NCBI GenBank assembly: GCA_963816395.1
Contig: CAWFKQ010000006.1
Location: 224,001-288,000, forward strand
From: an uncultured delta proteobacterium
Lineage (GTDB): Bacteria; Desulfobacterota; Desulfuromonadia; Desulfuromonadales; JACZKF01
Reading direction: 5' to 3'
DNA length: 64,000 bases
The notes below the pieces were generated by a model. The model worked only from the letters and a program-made list of their open reading frames with translations, had not been told where the DNA came from and made no database searches. Made by a program: the position numbers and the translations under genes. Below, in pieces: positions 13,819-24,505 of the stretch. How positions within the stretch are numbered: the stretch's first letter is position 1; every line of letters starts with the position of its first letter.

Positions 13819-13853
13819 TGTATACAGTATACAGAGAGGTTAGAGAGTGTCAA
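13819..13853 (-). promoter_or_regulatory. icd promoter with overlapping palindromic operator
   Basis: Minus strand TTGACA-16 nt-TATACT; palindrome TGTATACAGTATACA at 13819-13833 covers the -10. Confidence 0.7.
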
Positions 13854-13895
13854 GGGGAAATGATCTCTCTGCAGGGCGCACTGGATGCCGGTCGG

Positions 13896-14585
13896 CTAGT
13901 TACTCTGACCGATGCCCTTCAGTAGTTGTTCGGCAGGGAAGATATCAGATTTGCGGGCCTTCTCCCGGGCTTCTGCGAGCTCTTCCGCGAACAGGTCGCG
14001 AGGGATGTTGAGGAGTTGGCCGGGATAGATCTGCCGGGGGTCTTTGATCTGGTCGCGGTTGGCCTGATAGAGCAGCGGCCAGAGCAGCGGATCGTCATAG
14101 ATGTCCTTGCGCCCGGCAATGGTCCACAGGGTCTGATTCTCGCCTACGGTGAAGGCAGTCAGTGGCGGTTGAGGCGGCGGCTCCGGCGCCGGTTTCGGTT
14201 TGACCGGGGAGGGGCGGGAGGAGGGGGTTTGACCGGTTTTGCGACCGGTGTTTTTTCCTGCGGTTTCGGCAGCGGTTTTTCCGCCTGGGCACGTGCCTGT
14301 TCGGCCTGTACCTGGCGAGCCCGGGCCTGGGCGGCAAGGGCCAGGATCCTCTGCCCGGGGAAGGACAGCTTTGGCGCGGCCGTATTCTCCCTCGCGGACG
14401 AGTTTCTCCCCCTCCATCAGGGCTGCATTGGCGCCGGCGAATTCCTCCGGCGCCCATTCGGCGGCGCCGGCGTACTGCGCCTGGGCCACGGCCATGCGGG
14501 CGGCCTGCAGCTCCTTCCGCGGCGGCGCGGCGGCGCAACCGCCGAGCAGCACGAGCAGGAAGAAAATGAGAAGACATCGGATCAT
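13896..14585 (-). CDS. LysM peptidoglycan-binding lipoprotein (two compensating frameshifts)
   Basis: Lipobox LGGC, Pro-rich linker, LysM TLWTIA...LWPLLYQANRDQIKDPRQIYPGQLLNIP. Confidence 0.8.
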   Translation of the reverse strand: MIRCLLIFFLLVLLGGCAAAPPRKELQAARMAVAQAQYAGAAEWAPEEFAGANAALMEGEKLVREGEYGRAKAVLPRAEDPGPCRPGPGSPGTGRTGTCPGGKTAAETAGKNTGRKTGQTPSSRPSPVKPKPAPEPPPQPPLTAFTVGENQTLWTIAGRKDIYDDPLLWPLLYQANRDQIKDPRQIYPGQLLNIPRDLFAEELAEAREKARKSDIFPAEQLLKGIGQSN

Positions 14586-14656
14586 GAGGGATAAACCGTT
14601 GCCGGGGACGGAGCGGCCGGAAGGACCGGAACGCCCCGGCAAATCTCTTTCCCGTC

Positions 14657-16447
14657 TCAGCGGGGGCGGCTGCCGAGGCGAATCGCAAGTTCGCGCAGCT
14701 GCTTTTCATCCACTACACTCGGCGCTTCGGTCATCAGACAGGTTGCCTTCTGCGTTTTGGGGAACGCAATAACATCACGGATGGAATCGGAGCCGGTCAG
14801 AATCATCACCAGGCGGTCGAGGCCGAAGGCGATCCCGCCGTGCGGCGGTGCGCCGAATTCCAGGGCATCGAGGAGGAAGCCGAACTTGAGCCGCGCCTCC
14901 TCCAGGCCGATCCCCATCAGGTCGAACATTTTGCTCTGGATCGCCCGATCGTGAATACGAATGCTCCCGCCGCCGATCTCCGAGCCGTTCAGCACCATAT
15001 CGTAAGCCTTGGCCCGTACCCGGCCGGGATCAGTATCGAGCAGGGGAACGTCCTCATCCATCGGGGCGGTGAAGGGATGGTGCACCGCTACGTGCCGGCG
15101 CGTTTCCCCGTCCCACTCCAGGAGGGGGAAATCGGTAATCCAGACGAATTTATACTCATCCTTCCTGGTCAGGCCGAGCTTCTGCCCCAGATGGCCGCGC
15201 AGCCGGCCGAGCGATTCGTTGGCCACCCGGAAAGAGTCGGCGGCAAACAGCAGCAGGTCCCCCGGTTCCGCCTCCAGCTTGCGGTTCAGGGCGGTCAGCT
15301 CTTCGGCGGTAAAGTATTTGGCGATGGGGGACTGCCAGCTGCCATTCTCGGTCACCTTGACATAGGCCAGGCCCTTGGCGCCGTAAATCTTGACGAAATC
15401 GGTGAGGTCGTCGAGTTCCTTGCGCGAGAAGTGACCGCATCCCTTGGCATTGAGGGCTTTGACCAGGCCGCCGGCGGCGACCGCATCGGCGAACACCTTG
15501 AAGCCGCAGACCCGTACCAGCTCGGAGATGTCCCGGAGTTCCAGGCCGAAGCGCAGGTCCGGGTTGTCGACTCCGAAGCGGTCCATCGCCTCGGCATAAC
15601 TCATGCGCTGTACCGGCAGCGGCACCTCGACGCCGATCGCCTCCTGGAATACGGTCGCGATCATTTCCTCCATGACGCTCAGCACATCGTCGCGCTTGAC
15701 GAAGCTCATTTCACAGTCGATCTGGGTAAATTCCGGCTGACGGTCGGCCCGCAGGTCCTCGTCGCGGAAGCAGCGCACGATCTGAAAGTAGCGGTCGTAA
15801 CCGGCAACCATCAGCAGCTGCTTGAATAGCTGGGGGGACTGGGGCAGAGCATAGAAGTTGCCGGGATTGACCCGGCTGGGGACCAGATAGTCGCGGGCAC
15901 CTTCCGGGGTGCTCTTGGTCAATACCGGCGTTTCTACCTCGAGGAAGCCCTGGGCGGAAAGGAATTCGCGCACCGTGCGCGCGACCCGGTGGCGGAGCAT
16001 GAGATTCTGCTGGATGGCCGGCCGGCGAAGATCAAGGTAGCGGTATTTGAGCCGGACGTTTTCCGCAACATCCCCGAAGTCGTCGATCATGAAGGGCGGC
16101 GTTTTGGCGGTGTTGAGGATCTTCAGTTCCCGCACTTCAACTTCCACCTCCCCGGTTCTCATCCGGGGGTTGACCGTTCCTTCCGGGCGCGGCGAAACCG
16201 TGCCGCGGACGGCGAGTACGAACTCGCTGCGAACCCGGTCGGCCTTGGCATGCGCCTCGGGATCGCGGTCGGGGTCGAGGGCCAGCTGAACGATTCCTTC
16301 ACGGTCGCGCAGGTCGATGAAGATCAGGCCGCCGTGGTCCCGCCGCCGCTGCACCCAGCCCATGAGAGTCACTTCTCCGCCAATTTCGGCAGTGCTCACC
16401 TGACCGCAATAATGGCTTCTCTTCCAGTCACCCAGGATTTCGTTCAA
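14657..16447 (-). CDS. aspS: aspartate--tRNA ligase
   Basis: [42 protein letters not shown] start after GGAGG. Confidence 0.97.
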   Translation of the reverse strand: MNEILGDWKRSHYCGQVSTAEIGGEVTLMGWVQRRRDHGGLIFIDLRDREGIVQLALDPDRDPEAHAKADRVRSEFVLAVRGTVSPRPEGTVNPRMRTGEVEVEVRELKILNTAKTPPFMIDDFGDVAENVRLKYRYLDLRRPAIQQNLMLRHRVARTVREFLSAQGFLEVETPVLTKSTPEGARDYLVPSRVNPGNFYALPQSPQLFKQLLMVAGYDRYFQIVRCFRDEDLRADRQPEFTQIDCEMSFVKRDDVLSVMEEMIATVFQEAIGVEVPLPVQRMSYAEAMDRFGVDNPDLRFGLELRDISELVRVCGFKVFADAVAAGGLVKALNAKGCGHFSRKELDDLTDFVKIYGAKGLAYVKVTENGSWQSPIAKYFTAEELTALNRKLEAEPGDLLLFAADSFRVANESLGRLRGHLGQKLGLTRKDEYKFVWITDFPLLEWDGETRRHVAVHHPFTAPMDEDVPLLDTDPGRVRAKAYDMVLNGSEIGGGSIRIHDRAIQSKMFDLMGIGLEEARLKFGFLLDALEFGAPPHGGIAFGLDRLVMILTGSDSIRDVIAFPKTQKATCLMTEAPSVVDEKQLRELAIRLGSRPR

Positions 16448-16509
16448 GTTCTGGTCCTCCAATCGGATAAGTCGTCACCGCGGACGACGGGCAGTTTCAA
16501 AACAGCGGA

Positions 16510-16538
16510 ATTATAGGATTGGGCCGGGTCGGCGTCAA
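16510..16538 (-). promoter_or_regulatory. internal sigma70 promoter for aspS
   Basis: TTGACG-17 nt-TATAAT overlapping the hisS stop. Confidence 0.7.
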
Positions 16539-17804
16539 GACATTCCGCCATCGCCTGCTCTTTCGGCGAGGATCTCTTCCAGACCGGCCAACGGCAGTTC
16601 CTCCTGGGTCCCGGCGTCCATATCCCGCAATTGGGCAACCTGCCGCGACAGCTCCTGCTCCCCGAGAATCAGCACATAACGGGCCTGCAGCTTGCCGGCC
16701 CGGCGCATCTGCGCCTTGAGGCTTTTGCCCTCGAAGTCGGTGTCGGCGGTGATGCCGCGGCGCTGCAGGGCGCTCATCAGCAGGAAGGCCCGGCGGGCCG
16801 CTTCCTCGCCGACGGCGGCGAGGAAATAGGCGGGGCGCGGCGGCTGCAGGCGCTCCTCTCCCTTCAGCAGCACCAGGCGCTCCAGCCCCATGGCGAAACC
16901 GATCCCCGGCAGGGGTGGGCCGCCCAGTTCCCGGATCAAGCCGTCATAGCGGCCGCCGGCGGCCACCGCATTCTGTGCCCCCAGGCTGTTGGTGACCATC
17001 TCGAAGGTGGTCTTGGTATAGTAATCAAGGCCGCGCACCATGCGCGGGTTGACGGTGAAGGGGATCGCCAGGTCTCCCAGTGCCTCCTGGACGCTGGCGA
17101 AATGTTCGGCGCAGGCGGCATCCAGAGTGGTCGAGGATGGAGGGGGCGGCCTCCGTCGCCTGGCGGCAGCCCGGCACCTTGCAGTCGAGTACCCGCAACG
17201 GATTGGTCCGCCAGCGGCGCCGGCAGTCTTCGCACAATGCATCCAGGCGCGGTTCGAGAAAGGCCAGGAGTGCCTCCCGGTATCCGGGGCGGCAGGCGGG
17301 GCAACCGAGGGAGTTGACTTGCAGCTCCACATCGGTGATGCCGACCGCCTGGAAATAATGGCTCAGCATGGCCAGCAGCTGGGCATCGATGCGGGGATCC
17401 TCCACCCCGATCGCCTCGGCGCCGATCTGGTGGAACTGGCGGTAGCGTCCCTTCTGCGGGCGCTCGTAGCGGAACATCGGGCCGAGATAGTAAAGCTTGG
17501 CCACCGGGTCCTGCGCATGCAGTTTATGCTCGATGAAAGAGCGCATCACCGAGGCAGTGCCTTCCGGACGCAGGGTGATGGAGTTGCCGCTTTTGTCGGC
17601 AAAAGTGTACATCTCCTTTTCGACGATATCGGTGGCCTCGCCGATGGACCGGCAGAAAAGCTCCGTCTTCTCCACGACCGGCACCCGAATCTCGGCGAAG
17701 CCATACACCGCGAAGATCCGCCGCGCCTGTTCTTCCAGATACTGCCAGGTTTCCACCTCCCCCGGCAGAATGTCATTCATTCCTTTAATTCCTGTGATAC
17801 TCAC
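16535..17804 (-). CDS. hisS: histidine--tRNA ligase (frameshift near 17125)
   Basis: LRPEGTA, FRYERPQKGRYRQFHQ, VRGLDYY, AGGRYDGL. Confidence 0.95.
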
Positions 17805-17940
17805 CGATTTCTTCCCTCGCGGTTATAGAGATGTTTAAATTTGGCGGTCGATTTTCGACGCAAGTCCCAGGGCCGGTAAAAGGGTGCGCCTGCATTGAAC
17901 GAATTGCGGCCACGGCATCTGTCGGTCATTTTGACTCCCT

Positions 17941-20402
17941 TCAGCTCTGCTGAAGTTTGCGCCGGGCCATTTCGATATTCATCCGGGCCCGCTCCTGTTC
18001 CGGCGGCGGAGAAAGAACCTTCTCCCAGGCTGCTATGGCCTCCTCGTAGCGGCCGCTGGTATAGAGTTCCATTCCCTGCAGATACAGCAGATGTTGATTC
18101 TCCGGGCCGGTGTGGCGGATTTTATCCAGGCGCCGCTGCTCCGCCCGGGCTTCCGACTGCCAGGGATCGATTGCCAGCACCTGGCGGAACTGATCGGCCG
18201 CCCCATTCAGGTCTTCCTCCACCAAGGCAGCCCGGCCGGCGGCGATCCAGTCGGGAGAGGTCGTCCCGAAGCTTGGCGCGGCTCTCCGCCAGCCCCAACC
18301 GCGCTTGCTGATTTCCGGGATCGATTTCCAGCACTCGTCGGCAAACGGCCATTGCCGTGGAAAATTCTTGCACTTGCAGCAGACTGGTGACCTCCTTCAC
18401 CTGCTCTTCGGCGCTGGCGGCTGCCTCCCGGTTGAGCGCGGCGGTTTCCTCCATGGCCTCCTTCTGCTCCGGAAAGGAGGCCAGTACCTGCGCGTAGAGG
18501 GTGCGGGCGGCATTAAAATCGCCTGCGGCACGGCGCTTCCTTGCCGCCCGCAGCAGGGTGGCAAGGAGATCGGCAAGGTCCTGCTCGACTTCGGACAGTT
18601 CCCGGCGGACGGTGGGGTCATCGCGGAAGCGCAGGGCTTTGCCATAGTGATCCCGTGCCTCTGCCATCTGGCCGGCGCTGTAGCTGCGGCGAGCCGCCTG
18701 CACCTCTTCGGCCATCAGGGAGGCGACCAGGGCTTCGGTCCGGTTCAGACCGTCGCGCCCCTCCGGGCTGTCCGGCTGCAGGCGCAGAGCCTCGGAGAAG
18801 GCGGCACGCGCGATTTCCAACTGTCCCTCTTCCAGCGCCTGGTGGCCCCGACGCAGGGAAGCGGCTGTGAGCTCCTCGTGTTGCCCGGTGATCGTCTCCA
18901 GACCTGCCTGCGCCCGGCCATTCTCGGGATCCAGGGTCAGAACCTGCTGGTAGGCGCGGCGGGCTTCCGGCAGGTTTCCCTGGGCCAGAAGACTATCGGC
19001 CGCCGCCAGTTGCGCGGCCAGTTCATCACCAAGGGCCGCCAGCGCCCGGGCCGCCAGGGCCTGGCCCTCCGGATCGCCGGGAACCAGGGCCAGCCCCTGC
19101 CGGGCGGCCTGAAGGGCCGGCCGCGGCTGCTGCTCAGCCAGTGCCAGACGAGCGGTGGAGAAATGATCGGCGGCCAGTCGTTCCAGTTCGCTCCGGACCT
19201 GCTGCAGGGGGGCGGCAGCCCGCGGGTCGGCCGGGTCGATGACCAGGGCCTGGTTGAAAACGGTCAGGGCCTCACTGAGCTTCCCTGTCTGCCGCAGGGC
19301 CGAACCGCGCGCCAGCAGTTCATCGATCGCGCCGCGATCGGCGGCGCGGCTGTTCTGCAGGGATGACCGGTCCTGCGGATCGATCGCCAGCGCCCGGTGG
19401 TAACAGAAACGCGCCTTTGCGAATTCATGCAGGGCGAGATAGATGTCGCCGGCCAGTCCGAAATCCCCGGCACTGGCGGCCGGTCTGCCGATCAGCGGTT
19501 CGACGGCAGCCAGGGCCGACTGCAGCTTATCCTGCTCCAGGAGAGCAAGGGCGCAATCGTGAAGAAGGGAAAAGAGAGCGGACGGTATCTCCGCATCGGC
19601 GCCCGGCAGGGCGCTGCGCAGCCGCTCCGCGGCCGTTTCGAAATTCCCCTCGGCATAGTCGAGACGTCCCAGATGATAAAGAACGAGAGGGCTGCCGGGA
19701 GAGACAGCCAGCGCCCGGTCGAAGGCGGCCCGGGCTTCGGCCGGGCGCTGCTCTTCCAACAACTGCAGGGCCTGCTCGTAATGCAGGGTGCAGACGTATT
19801 CCCGTGTGATCTCGTCGTCGGGATAGACCTGCAGATAACGGGAGAACTCGTCCAGTGCCCGGTCGGTTTCCCCGGTGTGAACGTCCATTTCTCCGAGCAC
19901 CCTGTAGAGGTCGGCCCGCCCTGGGGCCAGCGCCAGCACCCGGGAGAAGAGGCGGCGGGCGTCGGGCAGATCGCCACGCTCCTGAAAATTCACCCCCAGT
20001 TGGAAGTAGGCATCGGCCAAGGGGTAGATTGCCGGTTGCTCCAGGGCCCCCAGAGCTTCCGCCTGCTCGAAATAGAGCAGGGCGCTGTCAGCATCGTCGG
20101 TTGCCGCCAGCGCCAGGCCGAGATTGAAGTTCAGCTCCAGCGATTCCGCCAGGTCCGGGTAGACCCGGCGGAATTCCGTCACCGCCTCGGCAGGGCGGCC
20201 GCACCTCAGGAGAGCGCCGCCGAGCTGATAACGCAATCGCTGGTTGTCGGGATCCAGGGTGAGAGCCTGGCGGTAGTTTTCGATCCGGAAAATCTGCTGT
20301 TGCGGCGCCTCTTCCGCCGGACCATCTGCAGCTCCTGCCGGGAGGGGGGCCGCCAGGGCCGCCAAGGTGCCGATCGGCGGCGAGCAGGAGCCGGAGGGTC
20401 AT
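17941..20402 (-). CDS. exported tetratricopeptide-repeat protein (frameshifts near 20372 and 18250)
   Basis: Signal-like N-terminus, many TPR units (ALxLDPxN); ATGA overlap with the GGDEF gene stop. Confidence 0.8.
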
Positions 20403-21773
20403 TTGGTGTCGATCTCCCATGCGCCCCGTGAGACGTTGCGTACTTTTTTGCCGCAGTACATGGCACGATCGGCCAGATCGATGATGTCCTTCTGCGTACC
20501 GGCGTGTTCCGGGAAACAGGCGAAACCTACCGTGGCGGTCAAGTGTATCTGCTCGCCCGAATCGGCCAGAAATGGATGGGCTTCAATCGTGCGGCGGATC
20601 CTCTCGGCGACGATTCCTCCTCCCTGCTTGTCCGTTTCCACCAGCAGGGCGGTGAATTCGTCCCCTCCGTAACGGAACAGGAGATCGACATCGCGGACGC
20701 TCTTGCGCAACAGGCCGGCCACTTCCTTCAGCGCGGCGCTACCGGCCAGGTGGCCGCGGGTGTCGTTGACATTCTTGAAATAATCCAGGTCGATGAAAAC
20801 CAGGGTGAAGGAAGACACCATAGCGTTCGGTTCGGCGGATCTCCCGCCCCAGGACCATCTGCAGGTACCGGTAATTGTGGAGTCCGGTCAGGTCGTCGAT
20901 ATAGATCAGCTCCCTGGCGCCCTGATACAGGCAGGCATTTTCGAACCCGAGAGCTGCCTGCTCGGCGAGGAAGACCAGGTTGTCGAGGGGAGGCGGCTGG
21001 GGGAGGTCGGCACCGGGCGGATTGAGGATGACCAGACCCCCTTTCGCCTGTTTCTGGCTGCGCAAGGGGAAAAGGCAGACGGTGCGCAGATCCGGCGGCC
21101 CCTGGCTGCCAACCGGCAGTTCTGCCGCGCGCCACAGACCGCTGGTCGCCAGCCCCTTGAGGGAAGGGCGCAGTGCCTGCGTCAGGTGCATCGCTTCAGA
21201 CTCGGTAATCCCTTCCATCCCCAGCAGGCGCGCTACCTTGCCTTGCGAGAGGAGGAAAGCGAAGCCGCGGCCGCCGTCGATCTCTTGCAGCAAAGTGGTG
21301 ACCGCCTGCGGCAAGAGACGATCGGTTTCCAGCAGGGAGGCGAGATTCTGACCGCGCTGAAAGAGCCGGATCTGGCTCTTGAGCAGGATATTCTCATCGA
21401 GTAGGCGGCGCTGCTCCAGGCAGATACGGACGAGATGGCGCAGCTCCTCCGGTTTGAATGGCTTGACCAGGTAATCCCGGGCCCCGTTTTTGAGGGCCTG
21501 GATGGCGGTTTCCAGAGTGGCATAGCCGGTGGCCAGGATTACCTCCGGCGGGTTGTCGGTGAGGCGTGCCTGGCGCAGGACTTCCAGCCCCCCCATTCCC
21601 GGCATGACCATGTCGGTAAGCAGGACGTCTATGCCCCCCCGGTGCAGCCGTTCGATCGCTTCTTCGCCTGAGGCGACCGTTTCGACCTGATAGCCGTCTT
21701 CGCTTAGCAGATCGGCATAAAGTTGCCGAAAGAAAAGTTCATCGTCCACAACCAGAACGGCGGAAGGTTTCAT
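20399..21773 (-). CDS. gacA: REC-(GAF-like)-GGDEF, Hypr-type dinucleotide cyclase (frameshift near 20820)
   Basis: Receiver VLVVDD..TDMVMP; RYGGDEF; signature VNDTRGHLAGS with Ser instead of Asp; comEC/hisS neighbourhood. Confidence 0.8.
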
Positions 21774-21826
21774 TCTTCACTGCTCCAATGAATAATTCCT
21801 GAACCTAACAAAATCCACTACTTCTG

Positions 21827-24182
21827 TCAACGGAAAAGCCCTCTTTCCCAGTGTTTGAACTGCCATCCATCTCCCCGGCTGCGGAACTGCAGAGTGCCGT
21901 CCCGATCGGTCCGGTACAGGGGCAGCTGGCGGGCGGCGGCCGCCGCGACCACCTCGTCATGCGGGAAGTGGTAGGTATTGTCAAATCCCACGGAGGCGAA
22001 AACCGCCTGCGGGTGAAATCGATCGAATAGCAATTGCTGGCTGGGAACCGCGGCTGCCGTGGTGCGGCAGCTTGAGCAGGGTCACCGGCCCCTTGGGGTG
22101 GCGGTCAGCAGCCTGGCGACGCCGGCCTGCTCCAGGTCGCCGGTCAGCAGGACGGCGTCGTGGCCGCAGGCGGCCCGGACGACCAGCGAGGAATCATTGA
22201 GATCGTCAGGCCGCTGGGGCGGGACGAACAGGGAAAGGCCCTGTCGGGCGGGCTCTTGCAGCACCGTCCAGCCCGGGGGGAAGACCCGAATCGGAATCTG
22301 CCGCCGCTGCAGTACTTCCAGCAGATCGGGGTTGAGTTCTTCCGGGGCGACCGCCGTCCAGAAGGCGCCCACCGGCAGGTGCGCCAGCACGTGCAACAGC
22401 CCCAGGCGGTGGTCCGGATGGTCATGGCTGAGAATTACCGCTTCCAGCCGGCGCACCCCCAGCCGTCCCAGAGCCGGCGCGACCAGCCGCTCGCCGACAT
22501 CGAAACTGCTGTGGGGCAGGCCGCCTCCGTCTACGAGGTAGTTGCCGCCGGTTGGAGTGGAAAGGAGAATGGACTCCCCCTGGCCGACGCTCAGCGCCGT
22601 CACGGTCAGCCCTTGCGGCTGCGCTGCAGGCAAAAAAAGCAGGAGGGCGCCGGCCGCGACCAGCCCTCCGCCGGGGCCGCGGCCCCGGCGGGGGCCGGCA
22701 ACCAGCAGCAGACCGGCCGCCAGCAGGAAGACTGCCGCCGGTCTGGGCCGGGGTGGGATAGATCTTCCAGCCGGCCAGCAGGGGAAAGGTTGTCAGCCAT
22801 CCGGCCCAGGCGAGAATCGCCTGAATGATCCGGGCGCACCCCTGGAAGAAGAGGACGGCGCCGCCCGGCCACCAGGGGGCGGCGAGTGCCCCGGCCAGCC
22901 CGAGGGGGACGGCCAGAAAGCCGACCGCCGGCACCGCCAGAAGGTTGCTGACCAAACCCGCCGGGGCGAGCAGATGGAAATGCAGCAGCGCCAGCGGAGC
23001 CGTCGCCAGGGTGGCGGCCAGGGTGGTCAGGGCCAATGCCGCCGGCCACCGGCAGAGGCGGGGGAGAACCGAGAGGCGATCGGTCCAGTGCGGCACCAGG
23101 ACGAGAATCCCCAGAACCCCGGCGAAGCTGAGCTGAAAGGAAGGCTCGAAAAGGGCCAGCGGCGAAGCGAAGAGAATCAGCAGGGCAGCGGCGGCCAGCA
23201 GTTTGAGCGGCGGTGTGCGGCGGGAGAAAAGCAGGAGCAGGGCGCCAACCACAGCCATCAGAAAAGCACGGCGGGTCGGCAGAGCATTGCCGGTAAATTG
23301 CAGGTAGAGCCAGAGCGCCGGAAGCAGCAACAGGGGGAGAAGGCGTCTTGGTGGCGCCCACAGCAGCAGTGCTTCCCACCGGCAGTAGAGAAAACGCGCC
23401 AGGAGGTAGAGAAAAAGAGCGATGAGCCCCAGATGCAGTCCAGAGATGGAAAACAGGTGGGAGAGGCCGCCGCGGGCCAGCAGGTCGCGCTGCGCCGGGG
23501 TGATCCCCCCCTTGTCGCCCGTCACCAGGGCCCGCACCAGGGGGGCGAGATCCGGCCCGACGGCGGCATCAATGGCCAGACCGGTGGCGCTCTGCCAGCG
23601 GGCGGGGCGGAACACCGATGCCGGCGAGGGTAATACGGCCAGGTCGCGGGCTTCGGCGAGAAAAGAGGTGACGAAAATCCCCTGGGCCGCCAGGTGGCGG
23701 GGATAGTTGAACTCACCGGGAGTGGCGAAGGCGCGGGGCCGGCGCAACCGGCCCCGGAAGCGGAGCTGGTCGCCGGGGATCACCGGCGGATCGCCGTGTT
23801 CCAGGTGCAGGCGCAGCCGGCCCTCAACCGGCGCCGCAATGCCGCCGGAACCGACCTGCCGGACGTTAAGATCGATCTGTGAACGGCCGTCGGGCAGGTG
23901 GGAGACGCTCAGGGCGGTTCCCTTGACGATCAGCGGGCGGTCGGAAAGAAAAGAACGCAGGTCTTCCGGGCCGGCTGGCGGCTGCATCTGCTGGAAATAA
24001 AAAGCGACCCCCAGGAACCAGAAACAGGCCGCCAGGCACCATGCTCCCCGGCGTCCGGCGCGCAGCGGCAGCCAGAGCAGGGCGCTGAAGGCGGCGGCGA
24101 CGGTAAAGAGGGGAGAGGGAAGCAGGTAGGGGGCGCATCCCAGGCCAACGGCATAGGCCAGCAGGAGAAAGGGAAGGCCCAT
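21827..24182 (-). CDS. comEC: DNA internalization competence protein ComEC/Rec2 (several frameshifts)
   Basis: HLFSISGLHLG, SFQLSF, SVGQGES, SHDHPDH, YRTDRDG. Confidence 0.9.
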
Positions 24183-24505
24183 CGCTTTAACGGCACCTGC
24201 CGCGCCCTGCGGCCGGCTCATTCCGAAGCATCTGGGAACGGAAAAAAGGGGGGGAGCACGATCGCAAACCGTCGACCTCCGGTGCAAGGCCGGATCAGCC
24301 TAACACAAAGGTTGCATTTTTGCCAAATGGTCTCATGGTCCCCAGGAGAAAATCCGGCGCGCAGAGCCGTCAGGATTAAAGCTTGATTTAAAGTATTAAT
24401 ATTTCTCGGATGACTTGAATTTTGCGGGATGTATAATGAATGCCTGTGTTTAACAAATGATAACATTTCCTGGCTTTTTTACGTGTAATTGAAAAAGAGG
24501 TTCGC

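Noticed and set aside
14210..14345. Odd Gly/Thr-rich insert in the LysM lipoprotein
   Set aside because: The alternative frame gives a sensible ALAAQARARQVQAEQARAQAEKPLPKP linker, so this is two compensating indels.
16535..17804. hisS and other split genes as pseudogenes or programmed frameshifts
   Set aside because: No shared slippery motif, essential genes are affected, and breaks are spread evenly. Sequencing error is the simpler explanation.
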